Assembly (NCBI GenBank): GCA_964499705.1
Contig: CAZCME010000002.1
Location: 1 to 64,000, forward strand
DNA: 64,000 bases
DNA from: an uncultured bacterium
GTDB taxonomy: Bacteria > UBA8481
Direction: 5' to 3'
The notes below the pieces were generated by a model. That model saw nothing but the letters and a program-made list of their open reading frames with translations, was not told the origin of the DNA and did not search any database. How positions within the stretch are numbered: the stretch's first letter is position 1; each line of letters starts with the position of its first letter. Below, piece after piece: positions 51,895 to 61,970 of this stretch. A program made the position numbers and the translations under genes.

Positions 51895-54800
51895 GTGCTT
51901 GATATCCAGTTGACGCAGGCTGGCTCCATCCCGGTTCTCGTTCTCCGCGGTTCCATGGACGCGCCCGACATCCCCGTCCTCACCACCTATCTCGCGCCGC
52001 AGCGCCCCATGCTCGTCATCGACATCCTCAACGTGAAGCGTCTCCTGCCGGAAGGCGGCGAGATCATGGTTCGTGCCGCCAGGAAGGCCAAGCGCCAGGA
52101 GGGCCACGTGATCCTGGCCGCCAATGGAACGGACGCGATTGTCGATCAGTTGCTGGGAGTGGCCGGAGCCTCGCGCGAATTTCTGCGCGCCAAGGCGCGC
52201 GAGGAGGCGATCAAGTCCGCCGAGAGCCTCCTGCGCCAGCGTCTCACGAAATCGCTTTCGAGCTCGCGAGTCGCGCCGAAGCTCTCCCATGCCGAGGAAC
52301 AGGCGGCGACGCAGGAAGAGCCGAAGGAGAAGCATTGCCCCAATTGCAAGGCGAAGGTCGCGCTCGATGCCGACCGCTGCTATCTCTGCGGCATGCTCCT
52401 GTCCGACCGGCAGACCATGCTCTTTCACAAGCCCGAGTTCGAACCCTGTCCCAGCTGCCAGGCGAACATGCTCATCGGTTCCGACAAGTGTCCGCTCTGC
52501 GGTTGGACGAAGCCGCAGGATAAGGAACCGGAAAAGGCCGAGCCTGTTCCTGAAAGCGCTCCGCCGGCCGCGGCTTCCCCCGGGGATGACGCCGTGCGAA
52601 AGGCGAAATCCGACCTGGATCAGATTCGCAGGGAGCTGGCCGATTCCGCGAGAGAGCTGATCGACCTCCAGGAAAAACGCTCCGTGATCCAGCAGGAACT
52701 TTCCGAACTCGAGCTGAAGAAATTCGAAATCGACGGCAGGTTCAGCGAGCAGGAACGGCGCGCGGGACAGCGGATCGCGGAACTGGAGGGCAAGGCCGGG
52801 CTCATCGAGGTGACGCTCACGGAGATGCAGAAGAAGCGCGAGGATCTGGCGCGCGAGATCGCGGACCAGGAAGCGAAGATGTCCAGCGTGACCTTGACCC
52901 TTGGCGCGGCCGCTGTCGGAGGCCTCACCGCCGCCGCGATGACGGATTCGGCTGTCTTCGGGGCGACGGAGATGCATAAGGCCGAGGCCGACGCCTTGAA
53001 GGAGGAGATCGCGACGTTGTCCGCGCGCCGGGATGAACTGCAGGCGGGCATCGAGCAGATCAGGATGCTTGCGGAGAAGACGCGGAGCGAGGCCGTCGAC
53101 GAGATCGAGCGCGAGCGAAAAGCGCTGGCGTCCGAAACGGATGAAGCGCGCCTCAAGTTGAACGAGACACGGGCGGAGGCGGAACGCGCGCGCGGAGAAG
53201 TGGAATCCACCCGCGAGGAATTGGCGGGGCTCGGATCGGAAAAGCAGCGCATCGTCGCGGAGCTCGAGCGGGCGCGGAATGCGGCGGCCGCGTCCGCGTC
53301 CGAGGAGCGCGCGAAGATCGAGGCCGAAGTGGCCCGTGAAACGCAGGCGGCCCGGGACGAGATCGGCCGGCAGCAGGCGGCGGCGGACGCGGTGCGGGCC
53401 GAGGTCGCGCGACTGGCGGACAAGCGCGCGGAGATGGAACTAGAGATCGCGACGCAGACGGATCAGGCGTCGCAGGTGCGCTCGGCCGTGGAGGAGGCGC
53501 GCGGGCGTATCGCGGAGTTGCGCGCCGAATCCGATGCCGTTCAGGCGGAACGGGATGCGGCGCGTGATGAACGGGATCGGGCGATCCGCGAGAAGGAGGA
53601 CTCCGTCCAGGCGCTCCAGGATCGCTTCGACGGCCTGCGCGCGGATTTCGAAGCGCGGGCCGCCGAGAAGGGCGGGATCGAGCGCGAACTCGATCGGCTG
53701 CACGGACTTCTCGAAACGGAGCGGCTCGATATCGACCGGACGCTGACGGCGGAGAGAGCCGCGCTGGTGGAGAAATTGTCCGCTGATTGCGGAGAGGTCG
53801 AGGCGCTTCGAGCAGAGCGTGAAAAAATCACGGCCGAACGCGACCAGGTTTCCGCGGCTGTTCTTGCCGTCCGCGAAGAACTGGCGAAGGTCGAGGCATC
53901 GCTTGCTGATGCGCGCGCCTCGAAGGAGGCCGCCGATGCGGCGATTCGCGCGGCGAGGGAAGACGAGGCGGCCGCGGCCGAGTCGACCGCGCGGTTGGCC
54001 TCGGTTCGGCACGAACTGGATGCGGCCGGGAAGACGCTGGAGGAGATCAAGGCCGCCGCGATTTCCGCCGCGCAGGATCGGGACCGGATCGTCGCGGAAA
54101 CCACGCAGGAAGCCGCGTTGCGCGCCCAGGCGCTCGGCGCGGAGGCCGACATGCTCGCGTCCTCGCTTGATCGCGAGAGGATCGAGCTCGGCCGCATCCA
54201 CGACGATCGCGCCGCGGAGGAAGAACGCGCGCGGCAGTTGTCCGCGACGCTCGCGGAATTGCAGGCGCGGCATGACGAACTTCTCTCCCGCATCGGCGAA
54301 TCGGAGCAAGCCGCGGTCCCGGCGGAGCCCGTGGCCGGAACATCGGTGGAAGAAATCAGGCAGGTGCGAGGCGAAGCCGCCGAGCTGATGGCCGCGGCGG
54401 AACGCCTGCGCATGGAAGTGGAGCATCGTCGCGGCGAGCTCGCGGGCATTCATCATGAGCTCGACGCGCTCCGCCTGGAACGGAATGAAGTGGAGCGCGA
54501 AGTCCAGGATCGTCGGCAGGCGGTGGAACGCGAGCTGCTGGAAGAGCGTGAGTCGCAGGCGGCGGAACTTCGCGAGAAGCGCGAGGAAATCGAGCGCGAC
54601 GAGAGCAGCCGGCGCGAGGAAATCGAGCGCCAGATCGAACTGCGGCGTACGGATGCGGATCGCGACCAGGAAGCTCAGCGCGCGGAATCGGAGCGATCAT
54701 GGACGATTCGCCGCGAGGAAGCGGAGAAAGCCCTGGCTGAGATTGAGTCCAGGTCGGCGGCCGCGGCACGGGAAGCGGAGCGATGGCAGGCGGAGCAGGC

Positions 54801-57324
54801 GGCGAGAAAAGCGGAAGTGGATGCGCTGGAGGAACGACGGCAGGCGCTCTCGCGGATCGAGTCGGAACACGCCGCACTGGCGACGGAGTGCGATCGGCGG
54901 CGCGGCGAGCTCGAAGAGATCGAGTCCCGCATCGCGGAGGCGCGCCGTGAGATGGAGGCCGCCGGACGTCCATCAGTTCCGCCGGAGAGCGCCTCGGCAT
55001 CCATCGATGCGCTGACAAGGACGCTCCTCGATGCGATCCAGACGAATACACAAGCGATCGAGAAGCTCCGGACGGACGCGACCGCGACTCCTTCGACCCC
55101 GGCGGACGCCGCGGCGAGCGACGAGCGATACGCCCGCATGCGAGATCGGTTCGATGCCGCTGTGAAGGAAGCCGACGATGCCAGGCGCGCCGGCCGGGAC
55201 CTGGAGTTGCGACTGGAGACGAGCGAGCATCGCGCGGAGGAAGCGGGGCGTCGCCTGGAAGAAGCACTGCGGCGGATGGAGGAAGCGGAAACGCGCGCGA
55301 GAATGATCGATCGCGGCGCATCCGAAGCGGAGCGGCGCATCGCGGAAGCGGAACGGCGTGCGGATGACGCGGTGCACCGCGCCGAGGAGGCGGAACGACG
55401 CTCTCGCCAGGCCGCCTCCGTCTCGATGTCGATGGCAGGACCGGTGTCAGCGGAGATCGATGAATGGCGGGACAAGCTGGAAGCGGAGCGGAGCCTGCGG
55501 GAATCGCTGGAGCAGAAGTACAACGCGGCCGCCGCCGAACTCGACCTCGCGAAGATGCGCATGTCCCAGGTGAACGATCCCTATCGCGATGTGATGAAGG
55601 ACGTCGAGCGGGAGCGCAAGGGCGTCGAAGAAGCGATCGAACGCCTGAGAAAAGAGCGGGACTCCATACGGCGCGAGAAGGAATTCGAGCTGAAGTCGAT
55701 GGAGATCCTGAAACGCGAGATCGGGCGGTGGATGCGCGAAAGAATCAAGATCTCCTCCGAGCAGGATGCGGAGCTCATCATGGCGATGCGCTCCGAGATC
55801 GACAGGCTCAGGGCCGAAAAATACGAAGCCGGCTCCGCCGAGGGAATGCCGCCCGCGGCTGCCGCGCCCGACTTGACCCTGGATCTGCAGAAGCTTCGCG
55901 ATGAAAACATGCGGATCCGGGATGAGCTGGCTCGGTTGAAGCAGGAGTCAAGTGTCGCGGATGCGGGAAAGATAGGGCTCGGCGAAACGGTCGCCCGCGA
56001 AAAGGACGCCCGCCTCGCCGCCGAAAAATCGGCGCAGGAATTCAAGCTTCGCATTGCCTTCCTGGAGGAAAAGCTCGGCGTACTCGAACGCGCTTCGGCG
56101 GGCAGCACGGAGTCCGAGGCCGCGATGCGGACGATGCGGACGCAGATCGAGAATCTGGAGTCGAAGTTGAAGGAAGCCGCGGTCGAACGGAGCGAGCGGG
56201 AGCGCCTGGAGAAGACCATCGCGGATCTGGAAACGGAAGTACGGACGCTGTCCGAAGAAAAAACGGAGCAGGAGAAAAGCCGTGCTGTCGCGGAGAAAAT
56301 GCGCACGGAGTTGGAGGAAGCGACCGAGGCCGAATCGCGCGCCGCCCTTGCTGTCCGCGATCTCGAAGCGGAGCGGGATGAACTGGTCCGGAGGCTTGCG
56401 GAGAAAGAAACCGCGGACCAGGCGATGCTGGCCGGAAAAACGGGCGCCTTGCAGGGAGCGCTGGACAAGGCGCAACGGGAAGTGGAGGAGGCGCGCGAGG
56501 AGATGCGTGACGCGGCGGCGGAGATCAAGGCCCTTTCCGAGCGCCTCGAGGCCGAGATGCGTGGAAAGGACGAAGCGGCCGCTTCGCTGGCCGGATTGAG
56601 AAGGGAAAGCGATGCGCTGACCCGCCGCCGTGAAGAACTTCTCGCGGAATTGGCGCGTGCCAAGGAAGAGTTGGCACGCGAACGGGAAGCGCAAAGGAGC
56701 GGGGGGGCTATGGGCATGGCAGCGGCGGTGGCCGCGGCGGCCGCAGTTCCGATCGTTCCGGAGGTTTCTGCTCCCGTTGAGCAAGTGATCGAGCCGGTTT
56801 CGGAATCAGTCGAGCCCCGCGAGGAAGTGCGGGAGGAAGAACCGACTCCGCAGGAAACAACAATCACCGCGGAGCTCGAAGGAGTTCCCGGATCCGCTCA
56901 GACTTCGCACGAATCGGCGCATTCGGTTACAGCTGATCAGAGAATCGAGCCGGAACCGAAACCCGCCGAACTGATCCCCTCCGAGCCGCCCGCTCCGGAG
57001 TTTGTCGCGCGACCCGAGGAGGAAGCGCTCTCGATCGAGGCGCTGAGGCAGCGCGCCTTCGACGAGGAGGACGCGGGGCGATCCACGGAGGCGTTCCGGA
57101 TCTACAACTTGATCCTGATGCGCGACGCGGGTAACATCTCCGCGCTGCACAATCTCGCGCTCATCCGCTACCGCTCGGGCGACATCGACGGAGCGCTGCT
57201 GCTTTGCGCGAGGATGGAAGGCCTGAAGAAGGAATTACCGCGCGAATCCCGCAAGCTCATCGCGGAAGTCCGGCGCCATCGATCTTCCCCGTCGCCGGTC
57301 TGGGGCAAGTTGTTCGGCAGGTAG
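51895..57324 (+). CDS. Giant protein: STAS-like domain, double zinc ribbons, long coiled coil, C-terminal TPR-like module
   Basis: 1809-aa ORF; N-terminal beta/alpha STAS-like pattern; CPNC/CYLC/CPSC/CPLC; more than 1300 aa rich in E/R/A; ALHNLALIRYRSGDIDGA. Confidence 0.8.
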   Translation: MLDIQLTQAGSIPVLVLRGSMDAPDIPVLTTYLAPQRPMLVIDILNVKRLLPEGGEIMVRAARKAKRQEGHVILAANGTDAIVDQLLGVAGASREFLRAKAREEAIKSAESLLRQRLTKSLSSSRVAPKLSHAEEQAATQEEPKEKHCPNCKAKVALDADRCYLCGMLLSDRQTMLFHKPEFEPCPSCQANMLIGSDKCPLCGWTKPQDKEPEKAEPVPESAPPAAASPGDDAVRKAKSDLDQIRRELADSARELIDLQEKRSVIQQELSELELKKFEIDGRFSEQERRAGQRIAELEGKAGLIEVTLTEMQKKREDLAREIADQEAKMSSVTLTLGAAAVGGLTAAAMTDSAVFGATEMHKAEADALKEEIATLSARRDELQAGIEQIRMLAEKTRSEAVDEIERERKALASETDEARLKLNETRAEAERARGEVESTREELAGLGSEKQRIVAELERARNAAAASASEERAKIEAEVARETQAARDEIGRQQAAADAVRAEVARLADKRAEMELEIATQTDQASQVRSAVEEARGRIAELRAESDAVQAERDAARDERDRAIREKEDSVQALQDRFDGLRADFEARAAEKGGIERELDRLHGLLETERLDIDRTLTAERAALVEKLSADCGEVEALRAEREKITAERDQVSAAVLAVREELAKVEASLADARASKEAADAAIRAAREDEAAAAESTARLASVRHELDAAGKTLEEIKAAAISAAQDRDRIVAETTQEAALRAQALGAEADMLASSLDRERIELGRIHDDRAAEEERARQLSATLAELQARHDELLSRIGESEQAAVPAEPVAGTSVEEIRQVRGEAAELMAAAERLRMEVEHRRGELAGIHHELDALRLERNEVEREVQDRRQAVERELLEERESQAAELREKREEIERDESSRREEIERQIELRRTDADRDQEAQRAESERSWTIRREEAEKALAEIESRSAAAAREAERWQAEQAARKAEVDALEERRQALSRIESEHAALATECDRRRGELEEIESRIAEARREMEAAGRPSVPPESASASIDALTRTLLDAIQTNTQAIEKLRTDATATPSTPADAAASDERYARMRDRFDAAVKEADDARRAGRDLELRLETSEHRAEEAGRRLEEALRRMEEAETRARMIDRGASEAERRIAEAERRADDAVHRAEEAERRSRQAASVSMSMAGPVSAEIDEWRDKLEAERSLRESLEQKYNAAAAELDLAKMRMSQVNDPYRDVMKDVERERKGVEEAIERLRKERDSIRREKEFELKSMEILKREIGRWMRERIKISSEQDAELIMAMRSEIDRLRAEKYEAGSAEGMPPAAAAPDLTLDLQKLRDENMRIRDELARLKQESSVADAGKIGLGETVAREKDARLAAEKSAQEFKLRIAFLEEKLGVLERASAGSTESEAAMRTMRTQIENLESKLKEAAVERSERERLEKTIADLETEVRTLSEEKTEQEKSRAVAEKMRTELEEATEAESRAALAVRDLEAERDELVRRLAEKETADQAMLAGKTGALQGALDKAQREVEEAREEMRDAAAEIKALSERLEAEMRGKDEAAASLAGLRRESDALTRRREELLAELARAKEELAREREAQRSGGAMGMAAAVAAAAAVPIVPEVSAPVEQVIEPVSESVEPREEVREEEPTPQETTITAELEGVPGSAQTSHESAHSVTADQRIEPEPKPAELIPSEPPAPEFVARPEEEALSIEALRQRAFDEEDAGRSTEAFRIYNLILMRDAGNISALHNLALIRYRSGDIDGALLLCARMEGLKKELPRESRKLIAEVRRHRSSPSPVWGKLFGR

Positions 57325-57332
57325 ACGCGAGC

Positions 57333-57824
57333 CTAGGCGCCCAGTTTCTCGGTGATCCTCAACGGAAGCAGGTACATCAGCCGGCATCGCCGCCGCCGCA
57401 CGGGCCGCTCCACGTCAAGGAGCGCGAGAGCTCCCTTGGAAAACTCCACGCCGCTCGTCTCCAGTCCCATGCAGAGCGTGCTGACGAGATAGGACAAATC
57501 GGGCGCATGTCCGACGAGCATGATCGACTGAGCCCGTCGCTGCGACAGGAACATCATGAGCGCCGTGCTGTCGGCTCCGGGCAGGAGAAATCCGCAATCT
57601 TCCGGTGGTTCAATCTTCAACTTGTTCGTGATGATGGATGCGGTTTCACGCGCGCGCAGGTAGGGGCTTGTCAGGACCAGTTCGATCTTGTTCCCGATTT
57701 CGAGGAGCGCGTCCGCGACGTTCTGGGCTTCGCGGCGGCCGGTCTCCGTGAGAGGCCGGTCCGCATCCTGGGCGTATCCATGCGGATCCGCGGCTGATGT
57801 GTGACGGAGAATGTACAAATCCAC
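57333..57824 (-). CDS. sixA: Phosphohistidine phosphatase SixA
   Basis: LYILRH, DADRPLTETG, TSPYLRARETA, LVGHAP, FSKG. Confidence 0.88.
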   Translation of the reverse strand: MDLYILRHTSAADPHGYAQDADRPLTETGRREAQNVADALLEIGNKIELVLTSPYLRARETASIITNKLKIEPPEDCGFLLPGADSTALMMFLSQRRAQSIMLVGHAPDLSYLVSTLCMGLETSGVEFSKGALALLDVERPVRRRRCRLMYLLPLRITEKLGA

Positions 57825-57852
57825 GATGCCCTCCCTGAATCGCCCTGATTCT

Positions 57853-59157
57853 CTATCGAGGCGGGCCGATTGGCAAGCTGTACGAATCGGTGAGCTCCGG
57901 ATGATGCGAGAATTTCCGGTCCGCGTAATAAGCGGGATGCCACGTTCTCATCGCATCCTTCGTCCAGATCTCGTCCGATACTTTTCCGTGCTCGCGCGCC
58001 CACGCGATGGCCGCGAATTCCCTGTCATACCAGCCAATGTCCGAATAATAGCGACGCTCCACGATGCGCAGCGATTGATCGAGGAAGAGAATGAGTAGCA
58101 CGGCGGCGGTAAAACGCGAGCGGTGCGAGAGCATGATCGCGAAGAGAAGAGCGGCGGAGGGGATCAGGAAGTACTGCCAGTAGTCATGCACCATCGCCGC
58201 TTCGGAGAAAGCGAGGATGTAACCGGCGCCCCAGAGGAGGATCGCCAGCAGGAATCTCGTTCGTTCCGTGACGGTCCGGCCCGCATGAAAAATTCCCGCG
58301 GTCGCGACGAGTGCGCCGACGGGCGTGAACGCCGACCAGGCGAAGCGGTCGATCGCCTGCACGCGGATGAAATCCAATACACCGAATGTTGAATCTGATC
58401 CGGCGCGCATCACGCCCTTGTGGAAGAGAGACAGGATCGCATCGGGGCCCCCGAGCCAGAGTCCCTGCGCGGCGAAGAGAGAAAACGCGAGCGCGGCGCC
58501 GAGGACGACGGGAATCAACCTGCGTCCCGGCCCGTAGGCGATGAGCAGGGCCGGCACGATGAACGCGCCTCCGAAGTCGATGCTGCACGCTGCGAAGGAC
58601 AGGAAGCCGAGCAGGATCGCTTCACGGTGTCGACGCGCCGGATCCGCTTCGTCCACCGCCGCGGATCCGAAGCGATCCGCCAGGAGAAGAACGAAAGGCA
58701 CGACGAAGGGCGGATGCGTCGCCAGCTTTCCGAAATAGATCCATGACGGAGCGAAAGCCGCGGCCGTCAGGGCGGTGAAAGCGGTCCGGGCATCATACCG
58801 CCGGCGCACCGCGGCGTGGAAGATCACGAGCCCCATCAGGCAGAACAGGAGCGGCACGATCCGAGTGGACGCGGGCGATTCTCCGAGGATCGCGAACGAT
58901 GCGGCCAGCAGGAGTGAGAGCGTGCCGGGATGGTTCAGATACCTGTCGGGCGCCTTCGGCACGGATTCGCCCGTTGAAAGACAGTTGGCGAGCCCCGTCA
59001 CCACCGGTCCGTAACGGAGATGATTCCGCGCGGCAAGGCCGTAGATGGCGTTTTCGGCCTCGTGCGGCCGGATGAATTCGTCGGTGATGTGCGGAAGCCG
59101 GATGAAAAGCGCCGCGAGGAGAATCAGGAGGAGAAGGAATTTTTCGTTGCGGCTCAT
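57853..59157 (-). CDS. Integral membrane glycosyltransferase (ArnT/PMT-like)
   Basis: Multi-TM; YLNHP loop, LGESPASTRIVP, HDYWQY. Confidence 0.72.
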   Translation of the reverse strand: MSRNEKFLLLLILLAALFIRLPHITDEFIRPHEAENAIYGLAARNHLRYGPVVTGLANCLSTGESVPKAPDRYLNHPGTLSLLLAASFAILGESPASTRIVPLLFCLMGLVIFHAAVRRRYDARTAFTALTAAAFAPSWIYFGKLATHPPFVVPFVLLLADRFGSAAVDEADPARRHREAILLGFLSFAACSIDFGGAFIVPALLIAYGPGRRLIPVVLGAALAFSLFAAQGLWLGGPDAILSLFHKGVMRAGSDSTFGVLDFIRVQAIDRFAWSAFTPVGALVATAGIFHAGRTVTERTRFLLAILLWGAGYILAFSEAAMVHDYWQYFLIPSAALLFAIMLSHRSRFTAAVLLILFLDQSLRIVERRYYSDIGWYDREFAAIAWAREHGKVSDEIWTKDAMRTWHPAYYADRKFSHHPELTDSYSLPIGPPR

Positions 59158-59162
59158 GTCTG

Positions 59163-59750
59163 CTACAGCAGGGGCGTGATGACCTTATCGAATTCCTCCA
59201 TGCTGCCGACCCCCTTCCACTCCGTCACAACCCGCCCTTTCCTGTCGAAGATGGCCGTGAACGGGAACTTCCCCTCAAATCTGACGCCCAGTTTCTTCAT
59301 CTCCGCGTAGGTGACGTCGTCGGATTCTTCCGTGATGAGGATCGGCGGGAAGGGGAGCATGTATTCGGATAGCATGGATTCGAGATCGGGGCGATTATCG
59401 TAAAGGGCGATGGCCACGACCTTCAGCCCCTTTGCCTTGTATCGGGACGCGACTTCGATGATGGTCGGAAATTCAAATCGGCAGGGCGGGCACCACGAAC
59501 CGTAGACGTGCAGGAGCACCGGCGAACCCTTGGCGTCCGTGATGATCTTCGCGGCTTCCTTGATCGTCATTTCCTTCAGGATGGAAGCGATCGGGATGGG
59601 AAGCAGAGACGTGTCGGAGGACATGACAGGCCGGCCCGTCGAGCGCACCGCGATTTCAGACGGCTCGGATGGTCCGCCGCAGGAGGAGACGAGGAAGAAA
59701 AGAAGAATTCCACCCGCGAAGTATCTCGCCGAGTTCAGACCAGGTTGCAT
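59163..59750 (-). CDS. TlpA/ResA-like thioredoxin lipoprotein
   Basis: Lipobox VSS-C, SWCPPCRFEFP, cis-Pro FPFTAIFDRKG. Confidence 0.88.
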   Translation of the reverse strand: MQPGLNSARYFAGGILLFFLVSSCGGPSEPSEIAVRSTGRPVMSSDTSLLPIPIASILKEMTIKEAAKIITDAKGSPVLLHVYGSWCPPCRFEFPTIIEVASRYKAKGLKVVAIALYDNRPDLESMLSEYMLPFPPILITEESDDVTYAEMKKLGVRFEGKFPFTAIFDRKGRVVTEWKGVGSMEEFDKVITPLL

Positions 59751-59762
59751 GAGCTCATCCTA

Positions 59763-60689
59763 TCATCCACGCCGCAGAAATTCCAGAAGCCCGGCGATGT
59801 CCGCGGGCAGGGGAGCCTCCACCGCGACGAGCTTGCCTGTGACCGGATGTGCGAAAGAAAGCTTCTGCGCATGCAGCGCCTGGCGCGAGATCGGCATACC
59901 GGAACGTTCCGGCGCGTACGTGATGTCGCCGCAGACGGGATGGCCGATCCGCTTCATGTGAACGCGGATCTGGTGCGTTCGACCGGTATCGAGCCGGACG
60001 GCGAGAAGCGACGCGTGAGCGAATCGCTCTATCACGTCGTAGTGCGTCACGGCATGCCGGACCGTGGCGCCGGAAGCGGCGGAGAGAACGGCGAATTTTC
60101 GGCGATTGTCCGGATCGCGCCCGATCGGCATGTTGATCGTGCCGGAGGAAGGCGAAGGAATGCCGTGGACGACGGCGAGGTATTCACGCTTCATCGCGCG
60201 GACGCGTATCTGCCCCGTGAGACCGCGATAGGCTTCCGGCGAGAGCGCGAAGACGATCGCGCCGGACGTGTCGAGATCGAGGCGATGGACGACGCCGGGT
60301 CTCCGGATCGATCCGACGAGCGCCATCTTCGGATGCCGGGCCAGCACTCCGTTGACGAGCGTGTCGTCGAGATGCCCGGGCGCGGGATGGACGCAGAGTC
60401 CCGCCGGCTTGGAGACCACGAGGATGTCGTCGTCCTCGAAGAGGATCTCCAGCGGCATGGCGATCGGCTTGATGGCGCAGTCTTCGTGCGTCAGCTCGGG
60501 CAGATCGATCTCGACGACCTGGCCGTCCCGCACCTTGGCGTTTCGCGTCGCGGTCGCGCCGTCGATGCGCGCACGGCCCTCATCGGTGAGCCGGGCCAGG
60601 ACAGTACGCGATATCGCGGGAAGCTTCTCCGCGAGAAATTTATCCAGCCGCTTTCCTTTTTCGAGGAAGGCTACTTCGAAGCGCGGGAT
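59763..60689 (-). CDS. rluD: RluA/RluD family 23S rRNA pseudouridine synthase; probable non-canonical (ATC) start
   Basis: KPAGLCVHP, VHRLDLDTSG, TGRTHQIRVH, RQALHA; in-frame S4 domain (GKRLDKFLAEKLPAISR) upstream of the listed GTG at 60533. Confidence 0.88.
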   Translation of the reverse strand: MPRFEVAFLEKGKRLDKFLAEKLPAISRTVLARLTDEGRARIDGATATRNAKVRDGQVVEIDLPELTHEDCAIKPIAMPLEILFEDDDILVVSKPAGLCVHPAPGHLDDTLVNGVLARHPKMALVGSIRRPGVVHRLDLDTSGAIVFALSPEAYRGLTGQIRVRAMKREYLAVVHGIPSPSSGTINMPIGRDPDNRRKFAVLSAASGATVRHAVTHYDVIERFAHASLLAVRLDTGRTHQIRVHMKRIGHPVCGDITYAPERSGMPISRQALHAQKLSFAHPVTGKLVAVEAPLPADIAGLLEFLRRG

Positions 60690-61447
60690 GGCTTAAACCT
60701 CAGGTAGAGGATGGATGCGGCGGCGAGCATGCCGATCGAGATGAGCTGCGAGACGGAGAATTCTCCAAGGTAGAAACCTCGATCGTCGGCGCGGAGCCGC
60801 TCGATCGCGAAGCGGATCACGGCGTAGCAGGCCATGTAGGCGAGAAAGACGGATCCGTCGAAGAACTTCCTCCGCTTGACGAAAAGAAGGAGTCCGAAGA
60901 GAAGGAGAAGCGAGATCGATTCGTAGGCCTGGGTGGGGTGCACGGGCACTTCCCCGAAGCGCATCGACGGCGGCGAGTCCGCCGGAAACGTGATGCCGTA
61001 ATCGCTGGGGGCTCCGTAGCAGCACCCTTGAGCAAAGCAGCCGAGGCGGCCGATGGAATGCGCGAGAGCCAGGGCGGGCGCGATGACGTCCGCCGTGCGC
61101 GCGATCGGCAGTTTCTTCCTGCGAACCATGAGAATCGTCGCGGGGATCGCCAGCAGCAATCCGCCGTAGAAGACAAAGCCGTCCCGCCGGAAGATGATCG
61201 AGGCGAATTCGTTCTGAAATTGATCCCATTCCACGATGACATACAGGAGGCGGCCTCCGATGAGCCCCGAGACGAGCGCGATCAGTGTGATGTCGCCGAT
61301 GTCCTCCGCAGAAATGTCCGACGCCTTCGCGAGCGTCACGGTCGTGTAGAGCGCTGCGGCGAACGAGAGCGCGAGCAGGACGCCGTAGGTGTGGATGGGG
61401 AAGGACCCGTCGAAGGGATTGGGAAGCGTGACGATGATCGGAAACAT
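60671..61447 (-). CDS. lgt: Prolipoprotein diacylglyceryl transferase
   Basis: HTYG, GGRLLYV, GFVFYGG, IGRLGCFAQGCCYG, HPTQAYE, RFAIERLRAD; start set at ATG 61447. Confidence 0.95.
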   Translation of the reverse strand: MFPIIVTLPNPFDGSFPIHTYGVLLALSFAAALYTTVTLAKASDISAEDIGDITLIALVSGLIGGRLLYVIVEWDQFQNEFASIIFRRDGFVFYGGLLLAIPATILMVRRKKLPIARTADVIAPALALAHSIGRLGCFAQGCCYGAPSDYGITFPADSPPSMRFGEVPVHPTQAYESISLLLLFGLLLFVKRRKFFDGSVFLAYMACYAVIRFAIERLRADDRGFYLGEFSVSQLISIGMLAAASILYLRFKPSRASK

Positions 61448-61962
61448 CAGGCGGCTTCCGCGGGAGTATCGGCGGGAGCGGATGCGGCGGGAGACTTCGT
61501 GAAATATGGAGCCGCCAGCAGCAGGCATACGCCGACCGTAATTGCTGAATCGGCCACGTTGAACGCCGGCCAGCGCGTCTCTCCCCATCCGAAGTCGAGA
61601 AAGTCTATGACGTAATTGAAGCGCACGCGGTCGATCAGGTTCCCGATCGCTCCCGAGAGGACGCACGCCAGGGCCGCCTGGTACAGAAGCGTCCTGTTGG
61701 ACGTGAGAAGCTTGTGCAGGAATAGCGCCGCGATGGCAATGCTCGTCAGGTACAGGAAGACATGCGGGTAGCCCCGGGCGATCCCGAAGGCGGCGCCGGA
61801 ATTATGAACGCGCGTCAGCCTGAAGAAGTCTCCGCAGATCGCCTCCGATTCTCCCCACATGTCGAATCGGTCGATGATCCAGTTCTTGGAGACCTGGTCG
61901 GCCGCGACGATGACAGGCACGGCAAGCCAGGTCAGGAAGAGAACCAGTTTCACGCGGTTCAT
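61447..61962 (-). CDS. lspA: Lipoprotein signal peptidase
   Basis: DQVSK, NSGAAFG, GAIGNLIDR, VIDFLD, FNVADSAI. Confidence 0.96.
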   Translation of the reverse strand: MNRVKLVLFLTWLAVPVIVAADQVSKNWIIDRFDMWGESEAICGDFFRLTRVHNSGAAFGIARGYPHVFLYLTSIAIAALFLHKLLTSNRTLLYQAALACVLSGAIGNLIDRVRFNYVIDFLDFGWGETRWPAFNVADSAITVGVCLLLAAPYFTKSPAASAPADTPAEAA

Positions 61963-61970
61963 GAACTATA

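Noticed and set aside
51895-57324. SMC/SbcC ATPase or phage tape-measure protein
   Set aside because: No Walker A/B or signature motifs and no phage genes nearby
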